Below are positions 21,837 through 31,721 of a stretch of DNA of 64,000 nucleotides, piece by piece. The first letter of the stretch is position 1. Each line of letters begins with the position of its first letter. This stretch comes from Candidatus Sumerlaeaceae bacterium. GTDB taxonomy: Bacteria; Sumerlaeota; Sumerlaeia; Sumerlaeales; Sumerlaeaceae. The notes under the pieces were generated by a model. It made no database searches, had not been told where the DNA came from, and was given only the letters and a program-made list of their open reading frames with translations. The position numbers and the translations under genes were made by a program. The stretch covers positions 52,171-116,170 of the forward strand of contig JBPCLP010000035.1 in assembly GCA_051003195.1 (NCBI GenBank). The letters are read 5' to 3'.

Positions 21837-23345
21837 TTACAGGTCGTATTTCTTAATCTTATTGTACAGCGTCTTGAGGCTGATTCCCAGTTTCTCGGCC
21901 ACAAGTGGTTTATTGTTATCTGTGTCAGCAAGCAGACGTTCGATCATCAGCCGCTCCATGCTCTCCAGTGTGGTGTCCCCACCTGACAGAAACGCGAGGG
22001 GATCTCCGGAAGAGCTCGAGGCGCTGCTGTGTGCGTGACCATTCTTGCCGCCCTCCACACCAACCAGCGCCAGTTCCTCGTCGGGCTCCTCTGCCTCTTC
22101 ATTGCCGTTCTGCTCTTTCTCTTCGCTCAGCGAAACAGTGGGCGCATTGCCGGCTGCCACAGCGGCCATGTTCACTTCTTTTTTGAGGTAGTCAGGAAGA
22201 GCGTCCAAAGTCAGCCGTTCACCCCTTGCAACAATCAGCGCGCGGTTGACCACGTTGCGCAATTCGCGGACATTACCCGGCCACTGGTAACACTTCATGA
22301 GGTCGATCACTTTTGGATCAAAGCTCATCTGCGGGCGTGCTTCTTCTTCGCACAATTTTTCCAGAAACATCTGTGCAAGGAACGGAATGTCCTCAGGTCT
22401 TTCGCGCAACGAACACGCATGAATTGGAAAAATGTTAATTCGATAATAGAGGTCTTCGCGCAGCTTCCCGTCTTCGATCGCCTTCTTAGGGTCTCTGTTG
22501 CTGGCGCTGATGATGCGCACATTGATCTGAAGCTCAGTGTTCCCGCCGACCCGGCGAATGCGATTTTCCTCCAGCACCCGCAGCAACTTGCCCTGCAGCT
22601 CGATCGGAAGCTCCGTAATCTCGTCGAGGAAGATCGTCCCGCCGTACGCCTCTTCGAAATAACCCCTGCGCTGCTGTGTCGCACCGGTGAATGCGCCCTT
22701 TTCATGTCCGAACAACTCGCTTTCGATGAGCGTCGGTGCAATGGCCGCGCAGTTCACCGCGACAAAGGGCTTGTTGCGGCGGCGCGAGTAATCGTGAATG
22801 GTCTTCGCTATCAGTGTCTTGCCGGTCCCACTTTCCCCCGTGATAAAGATGCTGGCTTCGGTAGGCGCCACACGCTCAATCAGCGTGTAAAGTTTCTGCA
22901 TCGGTTCGCTGCGGCCCTTCATGGCGCCCAGCGTTCCCGCCTTTCGCAATTGCTGCCGCAGGCTTTTTACTTCCTGCTGCATTTCCCGTTTTTCGATGAT
23001 CTGCTCGATCGCCAGCTTGAGCCGTGGTGGCTCAACAGGCTTCGTTAAATAGTTCTCCGCCCCGAGATGGATCGCGGTCACCGCATCCTCGATACTGCCA
23101 TGCCCGGTGAGGATCACTATCGGGACTGTCAGGTTCCGCTCCTTGGCGGTTTTGACCAGGTCGATGCCGGAGCCATCGGGAAGCATTACGTCGGTAAGTA
23201 TTACATCAATTGCATCATTATCGAGGTGCGACAGGCTTTCCTGGAAGTTGGAAGCAAGGATCACCTGGTGACCCCACATCTTCAACAACTCGCCCAACGC
23301 ATTCCTCAGGTTGGCCTCGTCATCCACAATCAGCACGGTGGCCAT
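21837..23345 (-). CDS. Sigma-54-dependent response regulator (NtrC/AtoC family)
   Basis: REC domain, GESGTGKT, GAFTGA, WPGNVREL, C-terminal Fis-type HTH. Confidence 0.95.
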   Translation of the reverse strand: MATVLIVDDEANLRNALGELLKMWGHQVILASNFQESLSHLDNDAIDVILTDVMLPDGSGIDLVKTAKERNLTVPIVILTGHGSIEDAVTAIHLGAENYLTKPVEPPRLKLAIEQIIEKREMQQEVKSLRQQLRKAGTLGAMKGRSEPMQKLYTLIERVAPTEASIFITGESGTGKTLIAKTIHDYSRRRNKPFVAVNCAAIAPTLIESELFGHEKGAFTGATQQRRGYFEEAYGGTIFLDEITELPIELQGKLLRVLEENRIRRVGGNTELQINVRIISASNRDPKKAIEDGKLREDLYYRINIFPIHACSLRERPEDIPFLAQMFLEKLCEEEARPQMSFDPKVIDLMKCYQWPGNVRELRNVVNRALIVARGERLTLDALPDYLKKEVNMAAVAAGNAPTVSLSEEKEQNGNEEAEEPDEELALVGVEGGKNGHAHSSASSSSGDPLAFLSGGDTTLESMERLMIERLLADTDNNKPLVAEKLGISLKTLYNKIKKYDL

Positions 23346-23537
23346 CAAAATTTTTGCTCCTCCCGAAAATGCTAACGTCTCAGTATACCGCTATGGCGGC
23401 TTTGTGTCTCAGAACCAACTTAACTTTTTTACAAAGCACTGACATTGTGAGGCATAGAAATGCCTCTGCAACCAAATACGGAGCTACTGTTCAGCAAGAA
23501 TGAAGCCGGTTCCGCTATAATGGCGAAGCCCGGCTCT

Positions 23538-25268
23538 CTAGTCCGAAGTGGAACACGCGTTGAACCCGCAGTAGCGCTTGCGGAAATAACTGTAGAACTG
23601 GGGGTGCTGTCGGATCGTGGCCAGATCAATGTCCGCTTCCGGCGGCGACATGATAAATGCCCGGATTTCCTCGTCCGTCCATCCACTGTGACAACCAAAC
23701 TCGAAGGTAAAACTAATGTCGCCTTTCGGCGTGTTGCCGCCCCACAGGCAAAGATCGCCGCTGCGCTGCATGAGCGTCACGCGCCAAATACCGTCGACTA
23801 CATGCTGACGGTCAATCGAATGATCAAACGGCATGCTGCCTTGGCTCGATTTGACGCCCGATCGAGACAGCACGGTGAATCCAGCATTCGACTGCACGAA
23901 CACGTCGCCATTGCTCATTTTCGCCGAAATGCAACCGATGCACGGATGCGCCACCAGCCGTTCCACGATGCCCGGATGCATGAGTTCAATTTCCTCCAGG
24001 TTGAGTTTATGCGCGTGGCGCGTCCAGTAGGCGTACGCGATTGGACCGGTGGAAACTACCGTTACCTCCGATGCCGTCGGCGGACCCGCTTCCGGGTTTA
24101 GTTGCGGCAGGTGACCTCGCATCGAGTCGGAGTATTGACGCAGTGCATCGCGCAAAAACCACGGCGCGGTTTGTGCAATGCGGTTGGTCGCGTCCGCGCT
24201 CAGGCGAACATTTCCCGCGCGCTCCTCCAGCCTGGGATGATTATCTACGGCAAGCCCGGCAAGCTGCTTTTCCAGGAAGCTTGCCAGCGGTTCACCTGCA
24301 ACCTGCTCAAAAGGACGGCAGGCGCTTTGCCCATGATCCGACATAACATACAGATCATACTTTCGCGCAGAATAACGGGTCGCGAGGTGAATGCGTTTGA
24401 TAGACCGGTCGATGGCACGCAGCCCCCACGTCGCAAAGGCGCTGTTGGGGCCGCGCTGATGTGCATGTTCGTCGTAGCTGAGGAAATTAATGTAGATGAT
24501 CGGTACCTGGCGGTAAATGTCGATGACAGCGCCGAGAGTGATCAGCTCCCGGCTGATTAGCGACAGTCCTATTCGCACGGCGATGGTTTCCAGTTCCTTC
24601 CGGACTCGTCCCGTTCGCCGGATCCGGCGAAGGAAATCCCATATCGCGACGAAAAACTCCAATATCGCGAGCGCGATAATCTTTACCACCGTTTCGATAT
24701 GCAGAAATGTGAGCATCGCCAGGTCCCATACGCGAAGCGCAAACTTCCAGCGCCGCGGTGCCAGCAGCGACGAGAATATGAACAACGAGGCCTCGGCATC
24801 GCCCGTGTAAACACAACTGAATACGCTGCCGTGCCTCAAGAGCCCCGGGTTCGTAAACTGTGACTGCACGGCAAACGCGCACTCGCTCTCGCCCATTCGG
24901 TACAGGCGCTGCTCGCGTTTATCATAGAAGTTGAAGCCGGGTATGTTATCGTTGTTGCCATAAAACATGCCGCCCTGGAACGCCGGCGTGGATGTCGGGA
25001 TCTGCGACAAATACGGATGAACTTTTAAAGTACCGCGACGGATCAGTTTGCGCAGATAGGGAAGCCGTCGCTTCGCTAATGCCTTCTGCATTCGATGATA
25101 AGAGAGGCCGTCGATCTGGACGATGACCAGCCCACGATGCTCGAGCGGGACATCGCTCATTGCGATTCCCATGCGCCGAAACATCGACGGCCCGCGTGCA
25201 AACGTACGGTGAAAAAGCCGCCGCATCCGGTTTAACAATGGCAGGCCTGGTCGGGTTGTGTTGCTCAC
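23538..25268 (-). CDS. Alkaline phosphatase superfamily / type I phosphodiesterase-like protein
   Basis: IVQIDGLS, STPAFQ, YDEHAH, SDHGQ, FGCHSG. Confidence 0.8.
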   Translation of the reverse strand: MSNTTRPGLPLLNRMRRLFHRTFARGPSMFRRMGIAMSDVPLEHRGLVIVQIDGLSYHRMQKALAKRRLPYLRKLIRRGTLKVHPYLSQIPTSTPAFQGGMFYGNNDNIPGFNFYDKREQRLYRMGESECAFAVQSQFTNPGLLRHGSVFSCVYTGDAEASLFIFSSLLAPRRWKFALRVWDLAMLTFLHIETVVKIIALAILEFFVAIWDFLRRIRRTGRVRKELETIAVRIGLSLISRELITLGAVIDIYRQVPIIYINFLSYDEHAHQRGPNSAFATWGLRAIDRSIKRIHLATRYSARKYDLYVMSDHGQSACRPFEQVAGEPLASFLEKQLAGLAVDNHPRLEERAGNVRLSADATNRIAQTAPWFLRDALRQYSDSMRGHLPQLNPEAGPPTASEVTVVSTGPIAYAYWTRHAHKLNLEEIELMHPGIVERLVAHPCIGCISAKMSNGDVFVQSNAGFTVLSRSGVKSSQGSMPFDHSIDRQHVVDGIWRVTLMQRSGDLCLWGGNTPKGDISFTFEFGCHSGWTDEEIRAFIMSPPEADIDLATIRQHPQFYSYFRKRYCGFNACSTSD

Positions 25269-25456
25269 GTGGTGAACTTCATTGCTGCAACTCCTTAATC
25301 CGCAATCACATTCAAGTTGGGCGACGCCAGGAGCTTCAATCCCATGACGGACGAGGAACTTGCCGCTCTTCAGCCCACAGGCAAAGCGTTAGCCGCACAG
25401 TGGAAGGAGCACCTCGGTCAACTCGTCTAAGCCGGCGTGAGCTGGACCAGGGCTCC

Positions 25457-26488
25457 TCAGTACTGCTTCGCCACTCTCGCCGTCGGGTAGTAATGTTTCA
25501 AAATTTCACGGAACGACTTTCCGGCGTTCGCCATTCCCATGGATCCGGTCTGGCACATCCCCACCGCATGGCCACTGCCTGCTCCTCGCAATACAAAATG
25601 CGTTGGTCGGCTAACCGGACCACTGGTCTCCACGGCAAATGCGCTGCTCTTCAGCATTGGATGGAAAAGCTGCCGGATTTCAATCTGTGGCCCGACTCGC
25701 AATTCTCCATTCTCTCCCACAAACACCACTTGTTTAAGTCGCCCCGATGCGCCGCGTTCGCCCGTGCGTATTTTCAGCACGCGCCCAATACCCTTTTGTT
25801 TTGCCACGCAGGAGGTAACCTCCTCCGCCGTCAACTGCCGCATCCAGCGGAAGTTGCGGCCGGCCCACTCCAGCACCTGCGACTTCGCCGGATTACAGTA
25901 CGATGCCGGGCTGCCGGCGAGCCACTTCAAAAAATCCTTTTCGCGTGCCAGGTCCAACTCCGGTTCTGCTGTTCCATCGAACCGTGCGGTCCCGTGATAC
26001 GCCTTCTCGGACGAACGCTCCGGCCAGGAGTTGCGGATGTCTTCTGTGTGGCCGCCACAGTGTGCGGCGTAATATGCGGGGATCGGCTTCCCCTTGTACG
26101 TCAGCACAAGCCCGCGTGTTTCGCTGACCGCTGCATCCGTCGAAGCCGTCGCCTTCGAAAGTCCGGAGTAAACCTGGCAGTGCACTGTCGAGCACACATC
26201 AGCTCCGTCCGCTTTGTGCTTGCTGCTGTTTAGCGCAACAGCGGCAAACGAACGCGCCGCCACCGCCTGCGCACACTTGGCCTGCTCGGGGGCGCCTGTG
26301 CCGATTTCTGAAGGAACCACACCGCGGAGGTATTCCTCCAGCGGTAGCGTGACTACTTTAGACGTATCATTCGTAAGTACTCGTATGTCGGGTTCAGTTC
26401 CTGCGCGCGAAATTTTCGTCTCCACTGCATATCCGGCGAGCGTCAGCGAACCGAAGATGCTCACTAGCAAAACTTTGTCTGGCCGCAA
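25457..26488 (-). CDS. SpoIID/LytB domain lytic transglycosylase
   Basis: LEEYLRGVVPSE, AQAVAARS, CQVY, GHAVGMCQ, ILKHYY. TTG start at 26488 with AGGAGG. Confidence 0.9.
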   Translation of the reverse strand: MRPDKVLLVSIFGSLTLAGYAVETKISRAGTEPDIRVLTNDTSKVVTLPLEEYLRGVVPSEIGTGAPEQAKCAQAVAARSFAAVALNSSKHKADGADVCSTVHCQVYSGLSKATASTDAAVSETRGLVLTYKGKPIPAYYAAHCGGHTEDIRNSWPERSSEKAYHGTARFDGTAEPELDLAREKDFLKWLAGSPASYCNPAKSQVLEWAGRNFRWMRQLTAEEVTSCVAKQKGIGRVLKIRTGERGASGRLKQVVFVGENGELRVGPQIEIRQLFHPMLKSSAFAVETSGPVSRPTHFVLRGAGSGHAVGMCQTGSMGMANAGKSFREILKHYYPTARVAKQY

Positions 26489-26547
26489 CCGGAGCCTCCT
26501 GCCATTTTGATAACGCGTCGAGACAGAGAGGGCAATTTCGTTACGCA

Positions 26548-27879
26548 ATGGAAACTGCAAGAACTGCTGAAGCAAAACAGCTGAGACACTTGAGATCTGG
26601 CGTGCTTTTCCTGGGTCTGCTGGCGGTTGCGTTTAGTTTGCAAGCGCAGTCCGGGCCCGTAGTCACTGTCCACGAGTGGGGAACGTTTACCTGTCTGCAG
26701 GACGAGCAAGGCCAAGAGATTGTCGGAATTAACGCAGACGACGAACTGCTGCCGAAATTTGTGCACCGGTTGAAGTGGGACGGCAGCCAGTCGCGCGATG
26801 GCAAAGGCGCACCGCGCTGCCATCCCGATGTCACGATGCGACTGGAAACGCCAGTAACTTACTTTCATCCGCCGCTGAACACCACCGAAACGCTTGTCGT
26901 AAACGTCACAGTTGAGTTCCATGGCGGACTCCTCACAGAGTATTATCCCTACGCGACAACATCCGTTGATTCCAGAACTACAGACTCCGTACCGGCGCGG
27001 ACACCAATCACTGCCAGCACCACCGGGGCGATCAGTTGGCAGGGCGTGCGAATTGGCGACCAGGCCGAGCCGCTTGAAACCAGCAGCCCCGTTTGGCTGG
27101 CACCGCGCGCCGTCGGCTCCGCGGCCACACTTAAGGTATACAAGCCAGGTCCGCCTGGAAGCAAACCGGACGACGAAGGAACGACCGAAGGCGAAGTGTA
27201 CCTCTTCTACCGCGGCGTTGCACATCTGGAGTCACCTGTACGGGTCGAACGCACCGTCGGGACGGGCCTCAAGATTTCGCTCCGGCATACCGCACAGCCT
27301 TTCCACGTTGCTTCAGCGTGGCTTCTGGACGTGAAGCACGATGGTGCAGCATCGTTCCGGCACATCGGGCAGATGGATAGCCGCTCCTCGCATACGAACC
27401 ATCAAACGGAGTTCCCTGCTGGAGGCTATTCATCCGGTGCGACAGGCGAACTCCAGTCGCAGATGCGCGAAGCACTCAACGCTGAAGGCCTTTTTGACGA
27501 CGAAGCTGCGGCCATGCTAAAAACGTGGGAGCTCTCGTACTTCCGAAGCCCTGGCCTGCGACTCTTCTATTTGCTCCCGCAGCAATGGACGGATAAAGTA
27601 TTGCCATTGAAAATCGACGGCCCGGCGCGTATTGCGCATCGCATCATGATGGGGCGCGTCGAGCTGGTCACAGCGGAGCAGCGGACATTGGTGCAACAAA
27701 TTGCCACCCGCGCAAGCACCCGTGATAAAATTGCAAACCTGCCGCTGCTTGAGAATTTCAACCAGCTTGGTCGCTTCGGAAATGCGATTGTACTGGATGA
27801 ACTTCGTCGCCGACCGACTGAGCCGCTGCGAGCTTTCGTTCAGCAGTTCAATCTGCAGTCCGCGTTCGATCAGCCGTAA
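26548..27879 (+). CDS. Secreted hypothetical protein (VHEWGTFT...RLETPVTYF family)
   Basis: Signal peptide; conserved-looking motifs YLFYRG and EGLFDDEAAAMLKTW. Confidence 0.7.
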   Translation: METARTAEAKQLRHLRSGVLFLGLLAVAFSLQAQSGPVVTVHEWGTFTCLQDEQGQEIVGINADDELLPKFVHRLKWDGSQSRDGKGAPRCHPDVTMRLETPVTYFHPPLNTTETLVVNVTVEFHGGLLTEYYPYATTSVDSRTTDSVPARTPITASTTGAISWQGVRIGDQAEPLETSSPVWLAPRAVGSAATLKVYKPGPPGSKPDDEGTTEGEVYLFYRGVAHLESPVRVERTVGTGLKISLRHTAQPFHVASAWLLDVKHDGAASFRHIGQMDSRSSHTNHQTEFPAGGYSSGATGELQSQMREALNAEGLFDDEAAAMLKTWELSYFRSPGLRLFYLLPQQWTDKVLPLKIDGPARIAHRIMMGRVELVTAEQRTLVQQIATRASTRDKIANLPLLENFNQLGRFGNAIVLDELRRRPTEPLRAFVQQFNLQSAFDQP

Positions 27880-27888
27880 GTCCGTCGA

Positions 27889-28461
27889 TTACGGCCGCTC
27901 GCACACAGTTGTTTCTACCAGCTCCATCAGCTCGCGAAACGCCGCCTCACAACGAGGGTCGGATTCATACATGCCTTTCACACGCACACGCGCCGCGGCG
28001 ACATCGTTGGCGCCCTTGCCGCGACTGATAATCCGCCGACATTCCTGCGGCATCGGTCCCCAATTGCCGCACTCCACAAACGCGTCGTTCAGGAAAACGA
28101 ATTTCGGAATCGCCTCACCGCCGTTCGTGAGAAAGCGTACAAAGACATCCGGGTGCTGATCCCGTGAGATGAAACGCAACTGCACCTTACCCTTTGAGTC
28201 TGCGGCAATCCGCGCCATCACGGGGGCAAAGCGCACCACATCTCCGCACCAGTCCTCCGCAATGGCGATCACCTGCACCGTTCGCGCGAGGTTCGCAACC
28301 AGCGCCTTGAGCGTCGCATCCAGGGAAAGTTCATCGTACAATTTCTGGATGCGCTCGCGGTGCTCCGGCATTTCCGCCTGTTCCAGCCACACGGAGAACT
28401 CAACCCCGCTGGCAAAAACCGCACGCCAGTCGATCGTCGGAAGGTTCGGTGGTCTGGGCAT
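27889..28461 (-). CDS. Thioredoxin-like protein (Thioredoxin_9)
   Basis: AEDWCGD, LTNGGEAIP, WGPMP; AAGGAG RBS. Confidence 0.85.
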   Translation of the reverse strand: MPRPPNLPTIDWRAVFASGVEFSVWLEQAEMPEHRERIQKLYDELSLDATLKALVANLARTVQVIAIAEDWCGDVVRFAPVMARIAADSKGKVQLRFISRDQHPDVFVRFLTNGGEAIPKFVFLNDAFVECGNWGPMPQECRRIISRGKGANDVAAARVRVKGMYESDPRCEAAFRELMELVETTVCERP

Positions 28462-28558
28462 ATCACATCTCCTTATTGCCGTTCGGAGTAGACGCTTCGG
28501 CCTGGTATCGGCATAACCGAAACGCTAGACCGCAACAATCGCACCCAAACATTGAAAA

Positions 28559-29884
28559 CTAATCACGTACAAAAACTGTCCGGCCGCCGACGATCGTCCG
28601 CATGACAAGTCCCTGCACACGCTGGCCAATCAGTGGCGAATTGCAGCTTTTACCGCGGAAGAACTGCGGCGTCACCTCAAATTCCTTTTCGAGATCGATT
28701 ATCACCAGGTCCGCAGGCGCGCCTTGCGCCAGAGTGCCGCGCGGCTGCAGGTGCAAAACATCTGCAGGCTTGCTGGTCATCCTCTCGATGAGGAACGGCA
28801 GCGACATGCGACCGGTCTTCACAAGCGACGTGTACACCAGTGGGAAAGCAGTCTCCAGCCCAACCATTCCGAACGGGCATTCGGTAATCGGGAAATCCTT
28901 CTCGATATCCGTATGTGGTGCGTGGTCGGTAGCAATGCAATCAATCGTTCCATCCAGAAGCGCCTCGATCAGCGCTTGACGGTCCTCCTCACTGCCCAGC
29001 GGCGGGTTCACCTTTGCTGCCGTGTCGAAGCCAAGCAGCGCTTCATCGGTCAGGCAGAGATGATGCGGCGTAACTTCAGCGGTCAATCTGCCGAGCCTGC
29101 TGCCGTTTGTCCGCGCGCCCATTTGCGCTTTGGCCCGGCGCAGCACCTCCACGCTCTCGCGTTTGGATACATGCATGATGTGCATGTGCCCGCCCGTGGT
29201 CATCACCAGCTCCGCATCGCGCGCCACCTGCACACTTTCCGCGATCGCCGGAATCCCCTTTAGCCCGAGCCGCATGGAAACATCGCCCTCATGCATGATA
29301 CCGCCGTGGGCCAGGTGCGCGTCCTCACAGTGGTCGAGAATCGGCACATTGAACATGGCCGAATACTCCAGCGCCCGTCGCATGATTTCCGTGTTCATAA
29401 CTGGCCGGCCGTCATCGGTGAAACCGTACGCGCCGTTATGAACAAGGTCGCCGAATTCCACGATTTCTTCGCCCGCCTGCCCTTTCGTCACCGCTGCATA
29501 CGGGAAGACGTTCACGATTGCGTCTGTCTCCGCGCGGGCTAGCACGAACTTCAGCCCTGTTTGGCTGTCGATCACTGGATTCGTATTCGGAATGGGGCAG
29601 ACCGACGTAAAGCCGCCAGCCGCGGCCGCGCGTGTTCCCGTAGCGATCGTCTCTTTGTCTTCGCGTCCTGGCTCGCGCAGGTGCGTATGCAGATCGATAA
29701 ACCCAGGGCAGAGCAGGAGCCCCGCCGCGTCGATTACTTCAGTGCCCGATGGCGTATCCTCTTTTGAGATACTTTCCGCCACCCGGTCGATCGTGCCATG
29801 CTGCACCAGCACAGCGCCGGAAGTAAAATCTACGCCAGACCCCGGATCAAGCACACGCGCATTCTGAATTAGCAGGCTGGCCAT
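28559..29884 (-). CDS. pyrC: Dihydroorotase (type I)
   Basis: DLHTHLREPG, FTDDG, EVTPHHL, KVNPPL, ATDHAPH. Confidence 0.95.
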   Translation of the reverse strand: MASLLIQNARVLDPGSGVDFTSGAVLVQHGTIDRVAESISKEDTPSGTEVIDAAGLLLCPGFIDLHTHLREPGREDKETIATGTRAAAAGGFTSVCPIPNTNPVIDSQTGLKFVLARAETDAIVNVFPYAAVTKGQAGEEIVEFGDLVHNGAYGFTDDGRPVMNTEIMRRALEYSAMFNVPILDHCEDAHLAHGGIMHEGDVSMRLGLKGIPAIAESVQVARDAELVMTTGGHMHIMHVSKRESVEVLRRAKAQMGARTNGSRLGRLTAEVTPHHLCLTDEALLGFDTAAKVNPPLGSEEDRQALIEALLDGTIDCIATDHAPHTDIEKDFPITECPFGMVGLETAFPLVYTSLVKTGRMSLPFLIERMTSKPADVLHLQPRGTLAQGAPADLVIIDLEKEFEVTPQFFRGKSCNSPLIGQRVQGLVMRTIVGGRTVFVRD

Positions 29885-29934
29885 TTGGTCCGGTTCAGTG
29901 CGATGCCCGTGGCCGGAGGGCAAGTGGATTGTAC

Positions 29935-29969
29935 ACAAATAAAAATCCCCCCGATGTTATCAGGGGGGA
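29935..29969 (-). terminator. Intrinsic terminator after the small Cys/His ORF, about 55 nt upstream of pyrC
   Basis: Minus strand TCCCCCCTGATAACATCGGGGGGA followed by TTTTTATTT. Confidence 0.75.
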
Positions 29970-30001
29970 CGAATGGCAGGAAAATGGAGTACGGGAACTA
30001 T

Positions 30002-30220
30002 TTACCGCTTTATGGATTGTGTCTGTTTCATCCAGTCCAGATGATACAAAGGGCACACGCCCAGCAGGAACTGATTCTTGTGCTTATGACTGCAAAGACT
30101 CTGGCCCTCGTAATGAGGCGAGCGCCCTTCATGGAACACACAGTTGGTCAGCGTACAATCGACCACCACGGGTTTGGCTGCCTTCTCAACCGCGCGAAAC
30201 GCGCGATCCGTCAGTCGCAT
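30002..30220 (-). CDS. 72-aa Cys/His-rich small protein
   Basis: C-x4-C...C-x-H...C-P-L-Y pattern; followed by a terminator. Confidence 0.6.
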   Translation of the reverse strand: MRLTDRAFRAVEKAAKPVVVDCTLTNCVFHEGRSPHYEGQSLCSHKHKNQFLLGVCPLYHLDWMKQTQSIKR

Positions 30221-30573
30221 TACCGGTTCACCTGCCTTCCGCGCTCTTAGATGTACGGCAATTCAAAAGAATGCTGGCCTGAAGCACCACCCCGAAAAAG
30301 GGAAGCCGCTCGATAATATGGGCAGTCTCTTCAGGCCAACGCGTCCAAGCATGGAACAGCAATTCCTGAACGGCAACTGATACTTGCGTTAGCATCAGGG
30401 TTCTGGCATCAGACCTTCCTGCTGCTGATGCAGGCGATGTAGGACCCACTCCTACACGCCACTATGCGTTTGTCTGGCACGCTTATTATCTCACTTCTTT
30501 CATCTTCCCACTTGCCCGCTGTGCTATTCTTAAGGATAACATCTCTATATCTGCACTACCAGGAGTAGGCCCG

Positions 30574-31068
30574 GTGCCACACAAGCGCTCAAAGCCCTTC
30601 GAACTTTCGAACAACTTTAAAACATCTGCACAACGTGAACATGGATTTTCCCTGCTCGAGACCGCTTTCGCTATGGGAATCATGCTAACGATGGGGTTGG
30701 CTGTGATTAGCGGTATCATATTCACCCGCCAGATGATGGAACTCGATAAGCAACGGCTTGCTGCTTTGGCCTATGCGCGACGTGTAATGGAAGAGGCGCA
30801 AAACACGAGCAGCACGCTGGATGGCGGACCTATGATGGAACTGATTCCATTCAATTCACCCGGTCAGGAAATCAGCGCTGCGGTCGGGGTAAGTTTCTAT
30901 GCCATTAACGACGACGGCACCGTTAGTACCAGCGCCCTTCCTTCCGTTCCCTCGAAGAGCCTTACCAAGTGCCGCGTCACAGTCATCTGGAGGCCAAGCG
31001 GCACCATTGGATATAAACAGCAGCGCGTAAGCCTTGAGAGTTTAGTCACGGGTACCACGACGCTATGA
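30574..31068 (+). CDS. Type IV pilin-like protein (PilV-like)
   Basis: Prepilin site G|FSLLE followed by a hydrophobic helix. Confidence 0.85.
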   Translation: MPHKRSKPFELSNNFKTSAQREHGFSLLETAFAMGIMLTMGLAVISGIIFTRQMMELDKQRLAALAYARRVMEEAQNTSSTLDGGPMMELIPFNSPGQEISAAVGVSFYAINDDGTVSTSALPSVPSKSLTKCRVTVIWRPSGTIGYKQQRVSLESLVTGTTTL

Positions 31069-31721
31069 TGCATAAGATTCTAAATGCCCGGCGTGGATTC
31101 ACGCTTCTGGAAACCACGATTTCCCTCGGCGTCCTGATGTTTATCATGTCGTTCTCAGCCTACCTGGTGTTTCTTTCCGGCCGTAATGTTATCAACGTTC
31201 GCGACCAGGTTGTTTCGCAGACCGCCGCCGCAGCTGCGTCTGAAAGAGTGGTTAATCTCCTGCGTAATGCTCACCATTTTTCAACAGTCGTAGCCAGTCC
31301 TGCGGACGATCCGGTGAGCAATACGCTGAAACGTGTCGAGTTCGTCCGACCGATGCTGAATGGAACTTATACGACTTCCACCATCGCATGGGATGCAGTG
31401 CGCAAGCAGCTTAAATACTTTGAGAATGCCGCCGATGTCAGTTACGATGGAAATAAAAACCCAACAGTGAGCTCTACTCCTACCCGGGTGTTCAAGAATA
31501 TCGGAAGCTTCGAAGTCATCTGGCAAAATGAGTATCGACTCCAGCTCACCTTCAAGTTTCAGTACCGCGGCTTTGCGCTCTATTTTCAGAATCCCGGCAA
31601 CCCCGCATTTGGCCAGATGATCACAGACGTAGTCGCCAAGAACCATTTTATCGATAAAGGAGCGCTTAATTATGGGGACCCGTACACAACCACTCCATTT
31701 ATGCTTGGTATGGCGGAGTAA
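31065..31721 (+). CDS. Type IV pilin-like protein (PilW/GspJ-like)
   Basis: RRG|FTLLE; ATGA overlap with the upstream gene. Confidence 0.87.
   Translation: MMHKILNARRGFTLLETTISLGVLMFIMSFSAYLVFLSGRNVINVRDQVVSQTAAAAASERVVNLLRNAHHFSTVVASPADDPVSNTLKRVEFVRPMLNGTYTTSTIAWDAVRKQLKYFENAADVSYDGNKNPTVSSTPTRVFKNIGSFEVIWQNEYRLQLTFKFQYRGFALYFQNPGNPAFGQMITDVVAKNHFIDKGALNYGDPYTTTPFMLGMAE

Noticed and set aside
25344..25430. 28-aa ORF MTDEELAALQPTGKALAAQWKEHLGQLV with AGGAG upstream
   Set aside because: Too short to support without homology; it may be a gene remnant.
29885..30000. PyrR attenuator upstream of pyrC
   Set aside because: No PyrR-binding loop motif seen. The hairpin is explained as the terminator of the upstream small gene.
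30473..30490. Sigma-54 promoter upstream of the pilin triplet
   Set aside because: TGGCAC is present, but the -12 position reads TTAT and lacks the conserved GC.
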